Positions 1 through 9,541 of a stretch of 64,000 nt of DNA are shown in pieces. Each line of letters starts with the position of its first letter. The stretch's first letter is position 1. Both the position numbers and the translations under genes were made by a program. Source of the DNA: Acidimicrobiia bacterium. GTDB lineage: Bacteria > Actinomycetota > Acidimicrobiia > Acidimicrobiales > UBA8592. The notes under the pieces are model-generated. The model saw only the letters and a list, made by a program, of their open reading frames with translations. It did not search any database and was not told the DNA's origin. The stretch is from the NCBI GenBank assembly GCA_963854265.1, contig CAWKYX010000001.1:396-64395 (forward strand), given 5' to 3'.

Positions 1-1034
1 GCAACCTCGCAGCCCTCGGAGCAGACGCAACATTCGCCATCGAGATGACTGCCAAGCGCATCAATGACGCAGGTGGCATCTACGGCCGCATGATTGAGAT
101 CATCGTCCAGGACGATGAGTACAACGCCGAGAAGACCACTGCGAACTCGCAGTACTTCATCGACCGCGAAGAAGTGTTCGCCATTTGGGCCAGCATCGGC
201 TCGGCTCCGCTCGTGTCAGCGATCCCGCTGCATGACGAGTCGAACACGCCGACCTTGTTCCCTTGGGCGCAGGACCTCAGCCTTTATGACATTGAAGCGC
301 ACCCGCTGTTCTTCTCGGTCAACCCCCCGGCTTATGCCCAGACGAAGGGTTTCTCCGACTACCTGAAGAATAACTTCGACACCTCCGAAACCAGGGTTGG
401 CTTGTTGACGATCAACTCGGTCGACGGCGAGCAGACTGTGAATGGCTTCAAGGACGGCCTCGGCGGCGATCTCCTCGTCAGCGAGCAGACGTGGGAGCCT
501 GACGCAACCACCGTGCTTCCGCAGGTCCTTGCGCTCAGCGATGCCGGCGTGACCGATGTCTACATCGGTACCGGTGACGCATTGTTCGCCCAGTTCCTGC
601 AAGAAGCCGATCAACTCGGTCTCGAAGCACGCTTCTGGGGTTCGACCGGCACGATTACGGCGAACACCATTGCATTGGCCGGCGACTTGGCTGAAGGCGC
701 CTATGGCGTCAACGTCATTGCCAGCGGCTCGGCTGTGGAAGTCCCCGGCATCGCTGCTTACAACGCCGAAATGAAGGCAGCCGGTGCTGAAGACGATCAA
801 ATCGGTACTGCTAGCCTTTTGGCTTACACCGGTGGCCTGGTCCTCGAAGAGGCCCTCAACCGGGCCGGCGAGTGCCTGACGATTGATTCCTTTGTGGAAG
901 CAATGGAATCGATCAAGGACTTCGATACCGGTGGCATCATGGCACCGCTGAACTTCTCAGCGGACAACCACCTCGGCAACAACGGTGTGGTCATGCTCAA
1001 GGTCATCGATGGCGTGTGGGTAGGGATTGGCTGA
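1..1034 (+). CDS. ABC transporter substrate-binding protein, LivJ / branched-chain amino acid type (5' end lies outside the window)
   Basis: The frame of ORF 45..1034 stays open back to nt 3 (NLAALGADATFAIEMTAKRINDAGGIYGR...), so the gene starts upstream of the window. The INxAGGIxGRxIE..DD segment is typical of Leu/Ile/Val-binding-type periplasmic proteins. It sits directly upstream of LivH/M/G/F-like genes. Confidence 0.8.
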   Translation, partial: NLAALGADATFAIEMTAKRINDAGGIYGRMIEIIVQDDEYNAEKTTANSQYFIDREEVFAIWASIGSAPLVSAIPLHDESNTPTLFPWAQDLSLYDIEAHPLFFSVNPPAYAQTKGFSDYLKNNFDTSETRVGLLTINSVDGEQTVNGFKDGLGGDLLVSEQTWEPDATTVLPQVLALSDAGVTDVYIGTGDALFAQFLQEADQLGLEARFWGSTGTITANTIALAGDLAEGAYGVNVIASGSAVEVPGIAAYNAEMKAAGAEDDQIGTASLLAYTGGLVLEEALNRAGECLTIDSFVEAMESIKDFDTGGIMAPLNFSADNHLGNNGVVMLKVIDGVWVGIG

Positions 1035-1047
1035 TCTGACGTAGCGT

Positions 1048-1080
1048 GTGACGTCGGCCCCTTTACGGGGTCGGCGTCAC
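1048..1080 (+). terminator. Stem-loop 14 nt after the SBP stop codon (possible intra-operon attenuator or terminator)
   Basis: GTGACGTCGGCCCC-TTTAC-GGGGTCGGCGTCAC forms a 14-bp stem with two G-U wobbles. There is no clear U-tract. A second small hairpin (GTTCC-TTT-GGAAC) follows at about 1087-1099. Confidence 0.4.
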
Positions 1081-1239
1081 AGTGCGGTTCCTTTGGAACT
1101 AACGCATCTCAGCCGGGTCATTTGACTTTTTGGGATGTTTGCTAGTTGAATCCCACGGTCGGAGCCCTCTTCGTTGGGCTGCGATGCATTTTCCCTGCCT
1201 GGTGATTGTCGCCGACGGGGCGCTTCGGGGGGAGCAAGA

Positions 1240-2127
1240 ATGAGCTCTTTAATTCAGTTGATGTGGTCGGGTCTGATCTCAGGGTTCGCGTATTCGCTTG
1301 TCGCTCTGGGCCTCGTGCTCGTGTTCAAGACCGCACGTATCCTCAACTTCGCCGCCGGCACAATGGCCGGCTTCGGCGGTTTCCTCGCCTACTGGTTTTC
1401 CGTCGAAAAGGGTGTGCCGTGGGGTTTTGCCATCCTGCTAGCGCTGCTCCTGAGCGGCGTCGGCACGGCGATCATCGAACGGCTGACTATTCGCCCCTTG
1501 ATCGGTGAAAAAAGTTTCCTTCCCATCGTGGTCATGACTCTTGGCATTGAAGTCGCACTCGCCAACTGGTCGCTGGAATGGTGGGGTGGGACTGCGAAGA
1601 GCTTCCCAGTGCCTGGCAGCATCGATCGCACTAACTGGGAGATCAGCGGGGTGCGCTTTAACGCATGGCACCTCGTGATCGCCGGGGCCACCTTCGCGAC
1701 CCTGGCAATTGTCGGCTACATCGTCAACCGCACCGAGTTAGGTCTCGCGATGCGTGCTTTCGCTGAGGACAAAGAGGCTGCGAAACTCATGGGTATCAAG
1801 GAGTCGACCGTGTCCCAGGTCACCTGGGTCCTCTCGGCACTGGTCGGCAGTGTCACCGGCATCCTCTACGCTCCAGTGCTCTTCCTCCAGCCTGACTACA
1901 TGAACGTCATCTTCATCAAGGGCTTCGTGGCCGCGATCCTCGGCGGGTTCACCAGCCTCTCGGGCGGCGTCTTCGGCGGGCTGTTGCTCGGCGAGCTCGA
2001 AGCGTTCGCCGTGAAGTATTCACCCAGAGAGTTCGCTGCGGCTTTGCCCGTAGTGATCGTGTTCATCATCCTCCTCGTGAGACCGCTCGGCCTGTTCACT
2101 CGGGCCAAGTCGCACGAGCGGGTCTGA
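1240..2127 (+). CDS. Branched-chain amino acid ABC transporter permease (LivH-type)
   Basis: ORF 1174..2127 is trimmed to ATG 1240, which is preceded by GGGGGGAG. The product is a polytopic hydrophobic protein (MSSLIQLMWSGLISGFAYSLVALGLVLVF...), and this N-terminus is typical of LivH. Confidence 0.85.
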   Translation: MSSLIQLMWSGLISGFAYSLVALGLVLVFKTARILNFAAGTMAGFGGFLAYWFSVEKGVPWGFAILLALLLSGVGTAIIERLTIRPLIGEKSFLPIVVMTLGIEVALANWSLEWWGGTAKSFPVPGSIDRTNWEISGVRFNAWHLVIAGATFATLAIVGYIVNRTELGLAMRAFAEDKEAAKLMGIKESTVSQVTWVLSALVGSVTGILYAPVLFLQPDYMNVIFIKGFVAAILGGFTSLSGGVFGGLLLGELEAFAVKYSPREFAAALPVVIVFIILLVRPLGLFTRAKSHERV

Positions 2128-2137
2128 GGAGGCTGCC

Positions 2138-4006
2138 ATGACTGTTACTGACCGAAACACCACCTCAAGCGCTGACTCGGGCCGGACGGCGTCGAGTGCG
2201 CTCGAACGGGCGGGCATCCCACTCCCCACTTACTTCCGGATCAATCACATCCTCGGCCTCGTGTTCTTCATTGCGATCTGGTTCCTGGCAGATTCCTACA
2301 GCCAGTACTCCCAGGTCATGATGCTGACGGTCATCTATGCCGTCATCGGTGCCAGCCTGATCGTGGTGCATGGGCTAGCGGGCCAGCTGACACTAGGTCA
2401 CACGATCTTCGTCGCGGTGGGCGCTTTCCTCTCGGCCAACATCACCGCTTCATGGGGGCGCGGTCTAGAAACCGAGATACCCATAGCGTTTGCTGTTGCG
2501 CTGCTCCTTGGTCTCCTTGTTGGTCTCCCGAGTCTCCGCGTGGGCGAGTTGTACCTGGCCCTGGCGACGTTCGCCATAGCGTTCGTTGGCGTCCAGGTTT
2601 TGTTCGAATGGAAACAATTCACCAGCGGCGGAACCGGCAAGCCCGCAGGCACGCTTGAGTTCTTTGGACATGAGTTCAACCGAGGCATCACCTTGGTACG
2701 CATCTCACTCGTGGTACTTGTCATCGTCTTCTGGCTCGTCGGTAACATGATCGATGGCCGGACCGGGCGAGCCATGAATGCTCTACGCACAAGCGAAACT
2801 GCCGCTAAATCCGTGGGTATTCCGGTCCCGTGGCTCAAAGTGCTTGCCTTCGGAATCGGCGGTGGCTTTGCTGGCATCGCCGGCGTGCTCTACATCCATT
2901 CGATCCGGCGCGCCATCCCCGAGAACTTTGGCGTGAACTTTTCGATCATCGTGATCTTGACGCTCATCATTGGTGGCCAGCACCGCCTGGCCGGCGCGGT
3001 GGTGGGCGCGATCTTCGTTCGCTGGATCCCCGAGTTGAGCCGAGATATCCAGCAGTACGAGGGAATGATCTACGGCGGTGTGCTAATCATTCTGACCCTC
3101 TTCTCGCCCAACGGGCTCGTTGGCCTGTTCGAGAAGGCCTTCAAGGCGATCCGCAACATCGTCAAACCCAAGCCGCCATTGGAACTTGACCACGTCGATG
3201 GACAGGCGCTTGCGTCGCCGTTGCTGGCTGATCTGGCCGGGCCGAAGCGGGGGCACCTGGTTGTTGATGATGCCAGGGTCTCCTTCGGCGGCGTTCACGC
3301 TGTCGACGGCGTTAGCTTCGAGGTCGAAGCGGGAGCGGTGACCGGGTTGATTGGCTCGAACGGGGCTGGCAAGACCACCTGTTTCAACGCGATGACCGGC
3401 CACGTGAAGGGCGCCAGTGGCCGTTTCCTTCTCGACGACACCGATCTGAGCGGGAACCCGATCCATCAGCGGGCCTTGTCTGGCATGGGGCGAACGTTCC
3501 AGAACTTGAACCTGCACGGGGATTTGACCGTGCTCGATCATGCGTTGCTGGGCCTCGACCGCGAGCTCGGCTATAGCCGGATATCGGAGTTCTTCCGGCT
3601 TCCGTGGGTCCTCAAAGCTGAACGGCGGGCGTACTGTCGAGCCGCCGAACTTCTCGACCACATGGCCTTGCTCGAACACTGGAACGACAAAGTCGAGGAT
3701 CTGCCCTACGGCTTGCAGAAGCGAGTCGATGTGGTGCGGGCCATCGCCACGAACCCGGCGATCTTGTTGCTGGACGAGCCGGCCGCAGGCCTGCCGACCG
3801 CCGAGGCCGCCGTGATGATGGAACATGTTCGCCAGTTCGCCGAGTTCACCGGCGCCGGTGTGTTGGTGATCGAACACAACGTTGAGCTGGTCGCGAACGT
3901 CTGTGAGCGAGTCATCGTCATGGACGCTGGGAAGATTCTTGCTGACGGAACTGCCGAAACAGTCATGGCTGACGAACGCGTCATCGCCGCTTACCTGGGG
4001 GCTTGA
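2138..4006 (+). CDS. Fused ABC permease (LivM-type) and ATP-binding (LivG-type) protein
   Basis: The 622-aa ORF has a GAGGAGG RBS. The N-terminal ~340 aa are multi-TM. The C-terminal part carries Walker A GSNGAGKTT, a signature-like YGLQKRVDV and Walker B ILLLDEPAAGL. Confidence 0.85.
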   Translation: MTVTDRNTTSSADSGRTASSALERAGIPLPTYFRINHILGLVFFIAIWFLADSYSQYSQVMMLTVIYAVIGASLIVVHGLAGQLTLGHTIFVAVGAFLSANITASWGRGLETEIPIAFAVALLLGLLVGLPSLRVGELYLALATFAIAFVGVQVLFEWKQFTSGGTGKPAGTLEFFGHEFNRGITLVRISLVVLVIVFWLVGNMIDGRTGRAMNALRTSETAAKSVGIPVPWLKVLAFGIGGGFAGIAGVLYIHSIRRAIPENFGVNFSIIVILTLIIGGQHRLAGAVVGAIFVRWIPELSRDIQQYEGMIYGGVLIILTLFSPNGLVGLFEKAFKAIRNIVKPKPPLELDHVDGQALASPLLADLAGPKRGHLVVDDARVSFGGVHAVDGVSFEVEAGAVTGLIGSNGAGKTTCFNAMTGHVKGASGRFLLDDTDLSGNPIHQRALSGMGRTFQNLNLHGDLTVLDHALLGLDRELGYSRISEFFRLPWVLKAERRAYCRAAELLDHMALLEHWNDKVEDLPYGLQKRVDVVRAIATNPAILLLDEPAAGLPTAEAAVMMEHVRQFAEFTGAGVLVIEHNVELVANVCERVIVMDAGKILADGTAETVMADERVIAAYLGA

Positions 4007-4719
4007 TCATGACCGGACTACAAATCAAGGACCTCAAGGTCGGCTACAAGCGAAACCAGGTCATCCATGGCCTGAACCTGCATGTCGACCGTGGTGAGCG
4101 TGTCGCTCTCTTGGGCGCCAACGGCGCCGGCAAGTCGACGATCCTTAAGACCATTTCGGGACTGCTCACGCCAAGCACAGGCACGATCAGCTTCGACGGT
4201 GAGGATGTCACGGGTCAGAAGGCATCGAACATCGTCGACCGCGGCATCATCCATGTACCCGAGGGCCGGCGCGTGTTTCCTGCCCTCAACGTTGAGGAGA
4301 ACCTCCAGGTTGCCAACTACGGTCGGGGCGCCAAGCGCCTTGAGGAGGGCTTGGCCGTGGCCTACGCAACGTTCCCGATCCTGAAAGAACGCCGTAACCA
4401 GGCAGCTGGGCTACTCAGTGGTGGCCAGCAGCAGATGCTGTCGTTGGCCCGAGCTATCATCGCCCGACCCAAGCTCTTGTTGATCGACGAGATGTCGTTG
4501 GGGCTCGCACCGGTGTTGGTCAAGGAGTTCTACGACACGTTGGGGCAGCTCTTCTCCGATGACGTCACGCTCTTGTTGGTGGAACAGAACGCCGGTATGG
4601 CGCTGGCTCACTGCAAGCGTTTCTACGTCATCCGCAACGGCGAACTCGCACTTGAAGGCAATGCCGCCGAGTATCGTGACGATCCCACCGCACTGCAGTC
4701 GGCTTACCTCGGCGTCTAA
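4003..4719 (+). CDS. Branched-chain amino acid ABC transporter ATP-binding protein (LivF-type)
   Basis: Walker A GANGAGKST, signature LSGGQQQML and Walker B LLLIDEMSLGL. The start is either TTG 4003, which overlaps the upstream stop, or ATG 4009. Confidence 0.9.
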   Translation: MIMTGLQIKDLKVGYKRNQVIHGLNLHVDRGERVALLGANGAGKSTILKTISGLLTPSTGTISFDGEDVTGQKASNIVDRGIIHVPEGRRVFPALNVEENLQVANYGRGAKRLEEGLAVAYATFPILKERRNQAAGLLSGGQQQMLSLARAIIARPKLLLIDEMSLGLAPVLVKEFYDTLGQLFSDDVTLLLVEQNAGMALAHCKRFYVIRNGELALEGNAAEYRDDPTALQSAYLGV

Positions 4720-4738
4720 GCTCCCGTGTTCGACGCTG

Positions 4739-5239
4739 TCACCGGCCGAAGGGCAGTTCTTCGCCGGTGTCATCGTCCCACTGGCTGCGCGAGGTGGCGA
4801 AGAGGTCGCCGCCGTACACGTGTAGTGCTCGCATGGGTGCCGAGCCCGAGTTCGTGATCCGATGCACGGCATCGGGTGGAAGCGCCAGAGCGTCGCCCTC
4901 GCCCAAGATGGCTCGGCCTGTTTCTGCGATCCCGTCGGACATGCGATCGTAGAAAATGTTGTCTTCGTTGCCTTGATAGATCCCGACCACAGCCCAGATG
5001 GTGTGGTTGTGGGCCGGGCTGACAAAGCCCGCCGCCACCTCGAGCCCGAGCACGGTGAGGTTGTCGTCTCGATGCACAACCGCAGCTTGGCCGGGCGCAG
5101 GCCGGAGCGCCTCGATGCGCGCGGACAGCGCGCCCGCATCGGCAATGACCGCTTGCACGGCATCGGCCACCCGTTCGGCAGCGTCAGGCTCGTCAACCAG
5201 TGACGCACAAGTTTGGACGAAGGCAGCCAGGTCGGTCAT
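4739..5239 (-). CDS. Cupin / double-stranded beta-helix metal-dependent protein (cysteine-dioxygenase-like fold)
   Basis: The 166-aa ORF has SPAHNHTIWAVVGIYQGNEDNIFY ... HRITNSGSAPMRALHVYGGDL, which is a cupin-type His-containing pattern. It is convergent with the liv operon. Confidence 0.5.
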   Translation of the reverse strand: MTDLAAFVQTCASLVDEPDAAERVADAVQAVIADAGALSARIEALRPAPGQAAVVHRDDNLTVLGLEVAAGFVSPAHNHTIWAVVGIYQGNEDNIFYDRMSDGIAETGRAILGEGDALALPPDAVHRITNSGSAPMRALHVYGGDLFATSRSQWDDDTGEELPFGR

Positions 5240-5320
5240 GACGCGACTTTAGTCCTGAGTCGCCGGGCCTGGCCGGTGGCCACTAGGTTCGACCCCTTGG
5301 CCGCCGCTCCCTCCAGCTTC

Positions 5321-6694
5321 ATGACACCCGTTCCGACGCGGGCATGGGTGGTGCTCATCGTGGTGAGCATTGGACAGATGACCACCACGTTCGCCGGCTC
5401 GGCACTCAACGTTGGTTTCGGTGTCATCGAAGAAGACCTCGGCGTTGAACGAACGACGTTGGCTTGGTCGATATCCGGCTATGCGATCGCGGCGGCCGCG
5501 TTCATCCTGGCTGCCGGCCGAGCGGTCGACCGCGTCGGCGGCCGCCGAGTGTTCTTGTGGGGCATGGCGGGGTTCGCTGTGGGTTCGCTGGTGTCGGCGG
5601 TGGCGCCAGGGGCAGGCACGTTGATAGCGGGTCGAGTTATCCAGGGGCTCGCAGCGTCGGCCATGATTCCCAGCTCACTGAGTCTGGCGTTGCACGAGTT
5701 TCCCCTTCAACGCCGATCGCTAGCCGTGAGTGTGTGGGGTGGCATTGCCGCGGTCGCCGGCGCCTCCGGCCCACCGCTTGGGGCGGCGCTGATCGAGCTG
5801 GGCAGTTGGCGCTTGGTCTTCGTTGTTCTTGTCGTCTTCAGCGTGGGGGTGTTCATCATTGGGTTTGTGGTGCTGACTGATCCGCCGTTGGGGCGGTCTC
5901 AGGGGCGCGTCGACGTCATCAGCGGGCCCTTGGCTTCCTTGGCCGTTGGGCTTCTGGTGGCCGCGCTGTTACAAAGCGCCGTATGGGGGTGGGGTGATGC
6001 GCGCGTCTTGGCCGCGTTGGCGGCTTCGCCGATCCTGCTCGCCGTGGTCGGGCGACGCTCCTCGACCCATCCGACTCCGCTGGTGGACCTCGCGCTGCTA
6101 CGCAAGCGCCGATTCGTGACTGCGTCATCGATGACCACCGTCTACAACGCCGCAGCAACCGGCTACTGGCTGGCCGCCCCGCTCTTTTTGCAGACCATTC
6201 GGGACTGGAGCATCCTCCAGTCAGGGTTCGGAATTATCGGTACACCCATCACGCACATGCTCGTCACCGGCCCCTTTGGACGGCTGGCCGACCAGGGTCG
6301 GCACAAGTTGCTGATGGTCATCGGTGCGTTGATGACCGCCGGGGCCTTTGGCGGGTTCGCAATAGTCGTCACGGAAACCTCGAGCTACTGGACATCGATC
6401 CTGCCGCTAACGATCCTGTTGGGAGCTGGGACCGGGATGGCTTGGCCGGTGTTCACCTCGGCGGCGCTGATCGGTGTCGAACCAAGCCAGTACGGGCAGG
6501 CCAACGGGCTGAACCTCACCATGCGCCAGCTTGGCGCGGCCATCGGCATAGCTGTGGTGATTGCGGTCGTCGGGAACAGCGGGGAAGCGACCCTCGACGA
6601 CTTCTCGGCGGCGTGGGCTATGGCTGCGATCGCGTTGGTCTGCTGTGCTGCGGTTATCGCCGTTGCCTACCCGAGTAGATCGTCCGCCCACTGA
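5321..6694 (+). CDS. MFS transporter, DHA2 (EmrB/QacA-like, about 14 TM)
   Basis: ORF 5213..6694 is trimmed to ATG 5321, because the 5213 start would overlap the divergent cupin gene. The product has many hydrophobic segments and the DHA2-like motif LAAGRAVDRVGGRRVFLWG. Confidence 0.8.
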   Translation: MTPVPTRAWVVLIVVSIGQMTTTFAGSALNVGFGVIEEDLGVERTTLAWSISGYAIAAAAFILAAGRAVDRVGGRRVFLWGMAGFAVGSLVSAVAPGAGTLIAGRVIQGLAASAMIPSSLSLALHEFPLQRRSLAVSVWGGIAAVAGASGPPLGAALIELGSWRLVFVVLVVFSVGVFIIGFVVLTDPPLGRSQGRVDVISGPLASLAVGLLVAALLQSAVWGWGDARVLAALAASPILLAVVGRRSSTHPTPLVDLALLRKRRFVTASSMTTVYNAAATGYWLAAPLFLQTIRDWSILQSGFGIIGTPITHMLVTGPFGRLADQGRHKLLMVIGALMTAGAFGGFAIVVTETSSYWTSILPLTILLGAGTGMAWPVFTSAALIGVEPSQYGQANGLNLTMRQLGAAIGIAVVIAVVGNSGEATLDDFSAAWAMAAIALVCCAAVIAVAYPSRSSAH

Positions 6695-6774
6695 GCCGTC
6701 CCCGTTCCCCGGTGGGTCGACGGCATTGGACGCGCTGGCATAGTCTCCAACCATCACCCCGGAGGTAAGCATCC

Positions 6775-7167
6775 ATGCGTACGTCGACACCATCCGAAGC
6801 CGCTCTCGAGTACATCAACGCGTACAACTCACATGACCCCGAGCGGCTTCGCCGCGGGTATCACCCGGACTTCGTCGTAAGCAATCCGATCTTCGAAGGA
6901 ACCAAGAACGCCGATGAAACAGTCGCTTTCATCTCCCACGTGTGGGACACCTTGACGGGTGCTCGATTCGAGTTGTTCAATCTGGCCGTTGACGGAGACA
7001 CAGCGTTGCTCGAGTTCACGTTCGCGTGGGACGACCAGCGCGACAACACCACTAAGCGGACACCGGTCGCTGATGTCTTCACGGTGAAAGATGGGCTGCT
7101 CTACAACCTGCGCGCCTACATGGAGGGCACCATGGTGCACGGCTGGGTGGAAGAAATGGGCGGCTAG
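6775..7167 (+). CDS. NTF2-fold / SnoaL-like small protein
   Basis: The 130-aa ORF has a GGAGGTAAG RBS. The N-terminal EAALEYINAYNSHDPERL pattern is typical of SnoaL/ketosteroid-isomerase-like proteins. Confidence 0.7.
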   Translation: MRTSTPSEAALEYINAYNSHDPERLRRGYHPDFVVSNPIFEGTKNADETVAFISHVWDTLTGARFELFNLAVDGDTALLEFTFAWDDQRDNTTKRTPVADVFTVKDGLLYNLRAYMEGTMVHGWVEEMGG

Positions 7168-7210
7168 TCGCAACCCGCACGAGCCCGGCAAACGGGTTCG
7201 CTCGCCTTGG

Positions 7211-8002
7211 TCAGGCCAAGACGCCGTTGGGTGCGGCCTCGAGGTCGGCCCAGTGGAGGTTCACTGGACCCCCAATACTGATGAGGATGAAGTCGACGCC
7301 CTCGGGTCCAGGCTTTTCGGGCCCGTAGCTGCGGCCGCCCTTCACCCACCGGACGTCACCGGTTTCATAGAACGGTTCTTGTGGCCCGAACTCCATGGCC
7401 CCACCGATGATGAAGTACACGGTGTCGAAGTCGTGCCAGTGCTCACCGGCGATGTAGTCAGGCGAAAATCGGCTTCGGAGAATGTACGGGTCCCCGTCGG
7501 AGAGTATTTTCACGGGTTGGGTCGGGCGTCCGGCGGGGTCAGGGAAATCCATCCATTCGGGATCGTCGATGTTGACTTGTCCAAACGGCTGATCGAAGGT
7601 CGCGACGCGTTCGGTGAGCTCGGATGGGACGTCGTAGATGTCTGCCCAATTGAGTCCCACTTCGCCGCCGAGCCCGAGGATGAAGAACTCACAGCCCTCG
7701 GGTCCCGCTTCTTCGGGTCCGTAGACGTGGCCGGCCTTGACCCATCGGATGTCGCCGGGCCCGTAGCTACCTTCGCCGCCGACCTTCATCTCACCTTTGG
7801 TCATGATGTAGACGGTGTCGTAGGGGTGCCAGTGATCGCCGGCGTAGAAGTTGGGCGGGAACTGGACCTCGAGAAGGTTCGGTCCGTTCAGGGGGGTCAG
7901 ATTGCGGACCGGGCTCGTGGGGCGATCGTTGGGATCGTGGAACATCTCCCACTTCACATCGCTAGGGCGGATTCGGCCGTAGAGCGGTGCTGCACTCGTC
8001 AT
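7211..8002 (-). CDS. Bicupin protein (two tandem cupin domains)
   Basis: Two internally repeated halves: GDHWHPYDTVYIMTKGEMKVGG...GDIRWVKAGHVYGPEEAGPEGCEFFILGLGGEVGLNWAD and GEHWHDFDTVYFIIGGAMEFG...GDVRWVKGGRSYGPEKPGPEGVDFILISIGGPVNLHWAD. Confidence 0.6.
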   Translation of the reverse strand: MTSAAPLYGRIRPSDVKWEMFHDPNDRPTSPVRNLTPLNGPNLLEVQFPPNFYAGDHWHPYDTVYIMTKGEMKVGGEGSYGPGDIRWVKAGHVYGPEEAGPEGCEFFILGLGGEVGLNWADIYDVPSELTERVATFDQPFGQVNIDDPEWMDFPDPAGRPTQPVKILSDGDPYILRSRFSPDYIAGEHWHDFDTVYFIIGGAMEFGPQEPFYETGDVRWVKGGRSYGPEKPGPEGVDFILISIGGPVNLHWADLEAAPNGVLA

Positions 8003-8041
8003 GTGCCGAGGCTAGCAGGGCCCTGTCGGCCGAGGTCTGGG

Positions 8042-9538
8042 TCAGGCGAGCTGTTCGCGGAGCTCGACCTTACGGATCTTGCCGGTTGCAGTACGCGGAA
8101 ACTCCGTGACCTCGATGAATGACTCCGGCACCTTGATCTTGGCCAACCGGTCAACGCACCAGGCTTTGAGGTCGTCCAGGTCGGTGGGCTCTCGGAGCTC
8201 GACAAATGCTGCGGGTCGTTCTCCCCAGTCAGGGTCGGGCCGGCCAACGACGGCAACTTCCGCGACTGCTGGGTGGTCATACAGCACGGACTCGATCTCG
8301 CTGGGGTAGATGTTGACACCGCCGCTGATGAGCATGTCCTTGGCTCGACCGACGATGTACAGGTATCCCTGGCTGTCTTGTCGGGCCAGGTCGCCCGTAT
8401 GAAACCAGCCGTCGATGATGGCTTCGGCTGTGCGCGCAGGATCTCGCCAGTATCCGGCCATTACCTTTTCGGTCCGGACGCACACTTCGCCAACATCGCC
8501 GTCCGCCACGATCAAACCTGACTCATCGCGCAGCTCGATTCTGACACCCGGCACGGTTCGGCCACACGAGTCCAATAGCTCCGGGCGACCGGTCATAGCG
8601 GTGTCATGGTCGGCGGGGAGGAGACCGGTGAGATTGGTGACACATTCCGAGATGCCGTAGCCCTGGTACAGCTCGCAGCCGAACGCTGCATAGGCCCGTT
8701 CGATGAGCGGCCCGGAGGTGGGGGCGGCGCCGTAGACGATCAGGCGAAGGCTGGACAGGTCGCGCTGACCAAACTCAGGATGGTCGAGCACGAGTCGGAG
8801 TTGTGCAGGGACGAGAACGGTGATGGTCACGCCTTGGGCCTCGACTGCTTCGAAGAACGCCTCGGGGCTGAAACGGGGGAGCACAACATGGGTTTGGCCG
8901 TCGGCCAGCATCGAGCTGACGCGGGTGCCTGTGGCGGCGTGATACATCGGTGTGGTCGAGAGGTAGACATCGTCGGACCGGAATTGCTGCACCAGGGCCA
9001 TGGTCAGCCCGTTGAAGGCCAGGCCCCGCTGGGTCAGGCACACGCCCTTGGGACGGCCAGTCGTTCCGCTGGTGTAGATGACCAACGCCACGTCGTCTTC
9101 GGTGGCCCGGTCGATGTCGACGAAGGGTTCTGAGGCCAGAAAGCCGCGGTAGGTGTCACCGTCGAACTCGACCAGCTGACCGGTGGAGCCCAGGGCCTCC
9201 AAACGATCAACGTAGTTGGCGGCGGCCACGGTGAGCACGGGCTCGGCATTCGAGAGGATGTACTCGACCTCGGGATCGGTGAGTTGGGTGTTGACGGGCA
9301 CGGCCGCCGCCCCCAGGTACGCGACTGCCAGATAGACGTCGAAGTAGACCAGGCCGTTCCCGGCCATCAGCGCGACCCGGTCACCCCGGCCGATGCCCGC
9401 CGATTCAAGGCCTGCGGCTAGTCGACGGACCCGGTCGGCGAACTCGGCAAACGTCACCGATGGCCCGCCGGCGACTGTTACGGCCGTGTGATCGGGGTAC
9501 AGCGCCGCGTTGCGTTCCAGCAGATCAACCACGCGCAT
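8042..9538 (-). CDS. Acyl-CoA synthetase / AMP-dependent ligase (ANL family)
   Basis: IYTSGTTGRPKGV, GYGISE, WFHTGDLARQDSQGYLYIVGRAKD and PRTATGKIRK. Confidence 0.9.
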   Translation of the reverse strand: MRVVDLLERNAALYPDHTAVTVAGGPSVTFAEFADRVRRLAAGLESAGIGRGDRVALMAGNGLVYFDVYLAVAYLGAAAVPVNTQLTDPEVEYILSNAEPVLTVAAANYVDRLEALGSTGQLVEFDGDTYRGFLASEPFVDIDRATEDDVALVIYTSGTTGRPKGVCLTQRGLAFNGLTMALVQQFRSDDVYLSTTPMYHAATGTRVSSMLADGQTHVVLPRFSPEAFFEAVEAQGVTITVLVPAQLRLVLDHPEFGQRDLSSLRLIVYGAAPTSGPLIERAYAAFGCELYQGYGISECVTNLTGLLPADHDTAMTGRPELLDSCGRTVPGVRIELRDESGLIVADGDVGEVCVRTEKVMAGYWRDPARTAEAIIDGWFHTGDLARQDSQGYLYIVGRAKDMLISGGVNIYPSEIESVLYDHPAVAEVAVVGRPDPDWGERPAAFVELREPTDLDDLKAWCVDRLAKIKVPESFIEVTEFPRTATGKIRKVELREQLA

Positions 9539-9541
9539 GGG

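Noticed and set aside
5281-5300. The tRNA-like T-arm string GGTTCGACCCC in the cupin/MFS divergent spacer.
   Set aside because: No acceptor stem, D-arm or anticodon arm can be drawn around it. I found no tRNA-like cloverleaf anywhere in the window.
5213-5320. N-terminal extensions of many track ORFs, taken at face value: 1174, 5213, 10005, 23285, 27307, 34678, 37085, 37884, 40534, 51205, 52061, 59572, 61325, and the upstream parts of 17440..18336, 30170..31231, 39163..39738, 39636..40820 and 49593..50798.
   Set aside because: The extensions overlap the upstream gene or a divergent gene, lack family similarity and are rich in Arg/Pro. Internal ATG or GTG starts with RBS-like sequences, or with ATGA/GTGA coupling, give N-termini typical of the families.
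7091-8122. Long ORFs antisense to confidently identified genes. Examples: 7091..8122(+), 10919..12184(+), 15323..16318(-), 21543..22877(-), 23234..24406(-), 25747..26919(-), 26950..28194(-), 34891..36171(-), 36189..37190(-), 45285..46598(+), 39973..40980(-).
   Set aside because: Each lies opposite an ORF with clear family motifs (cupin, ANL ligase, LLM, CoA-transferase, Rieske, P450, amidohydrolase). Their translations are Arg/Gly/Pro/Asp-rich and low in complexity, with no motifs. This is the usual shadow-frame artefact of GC-rich DNA.
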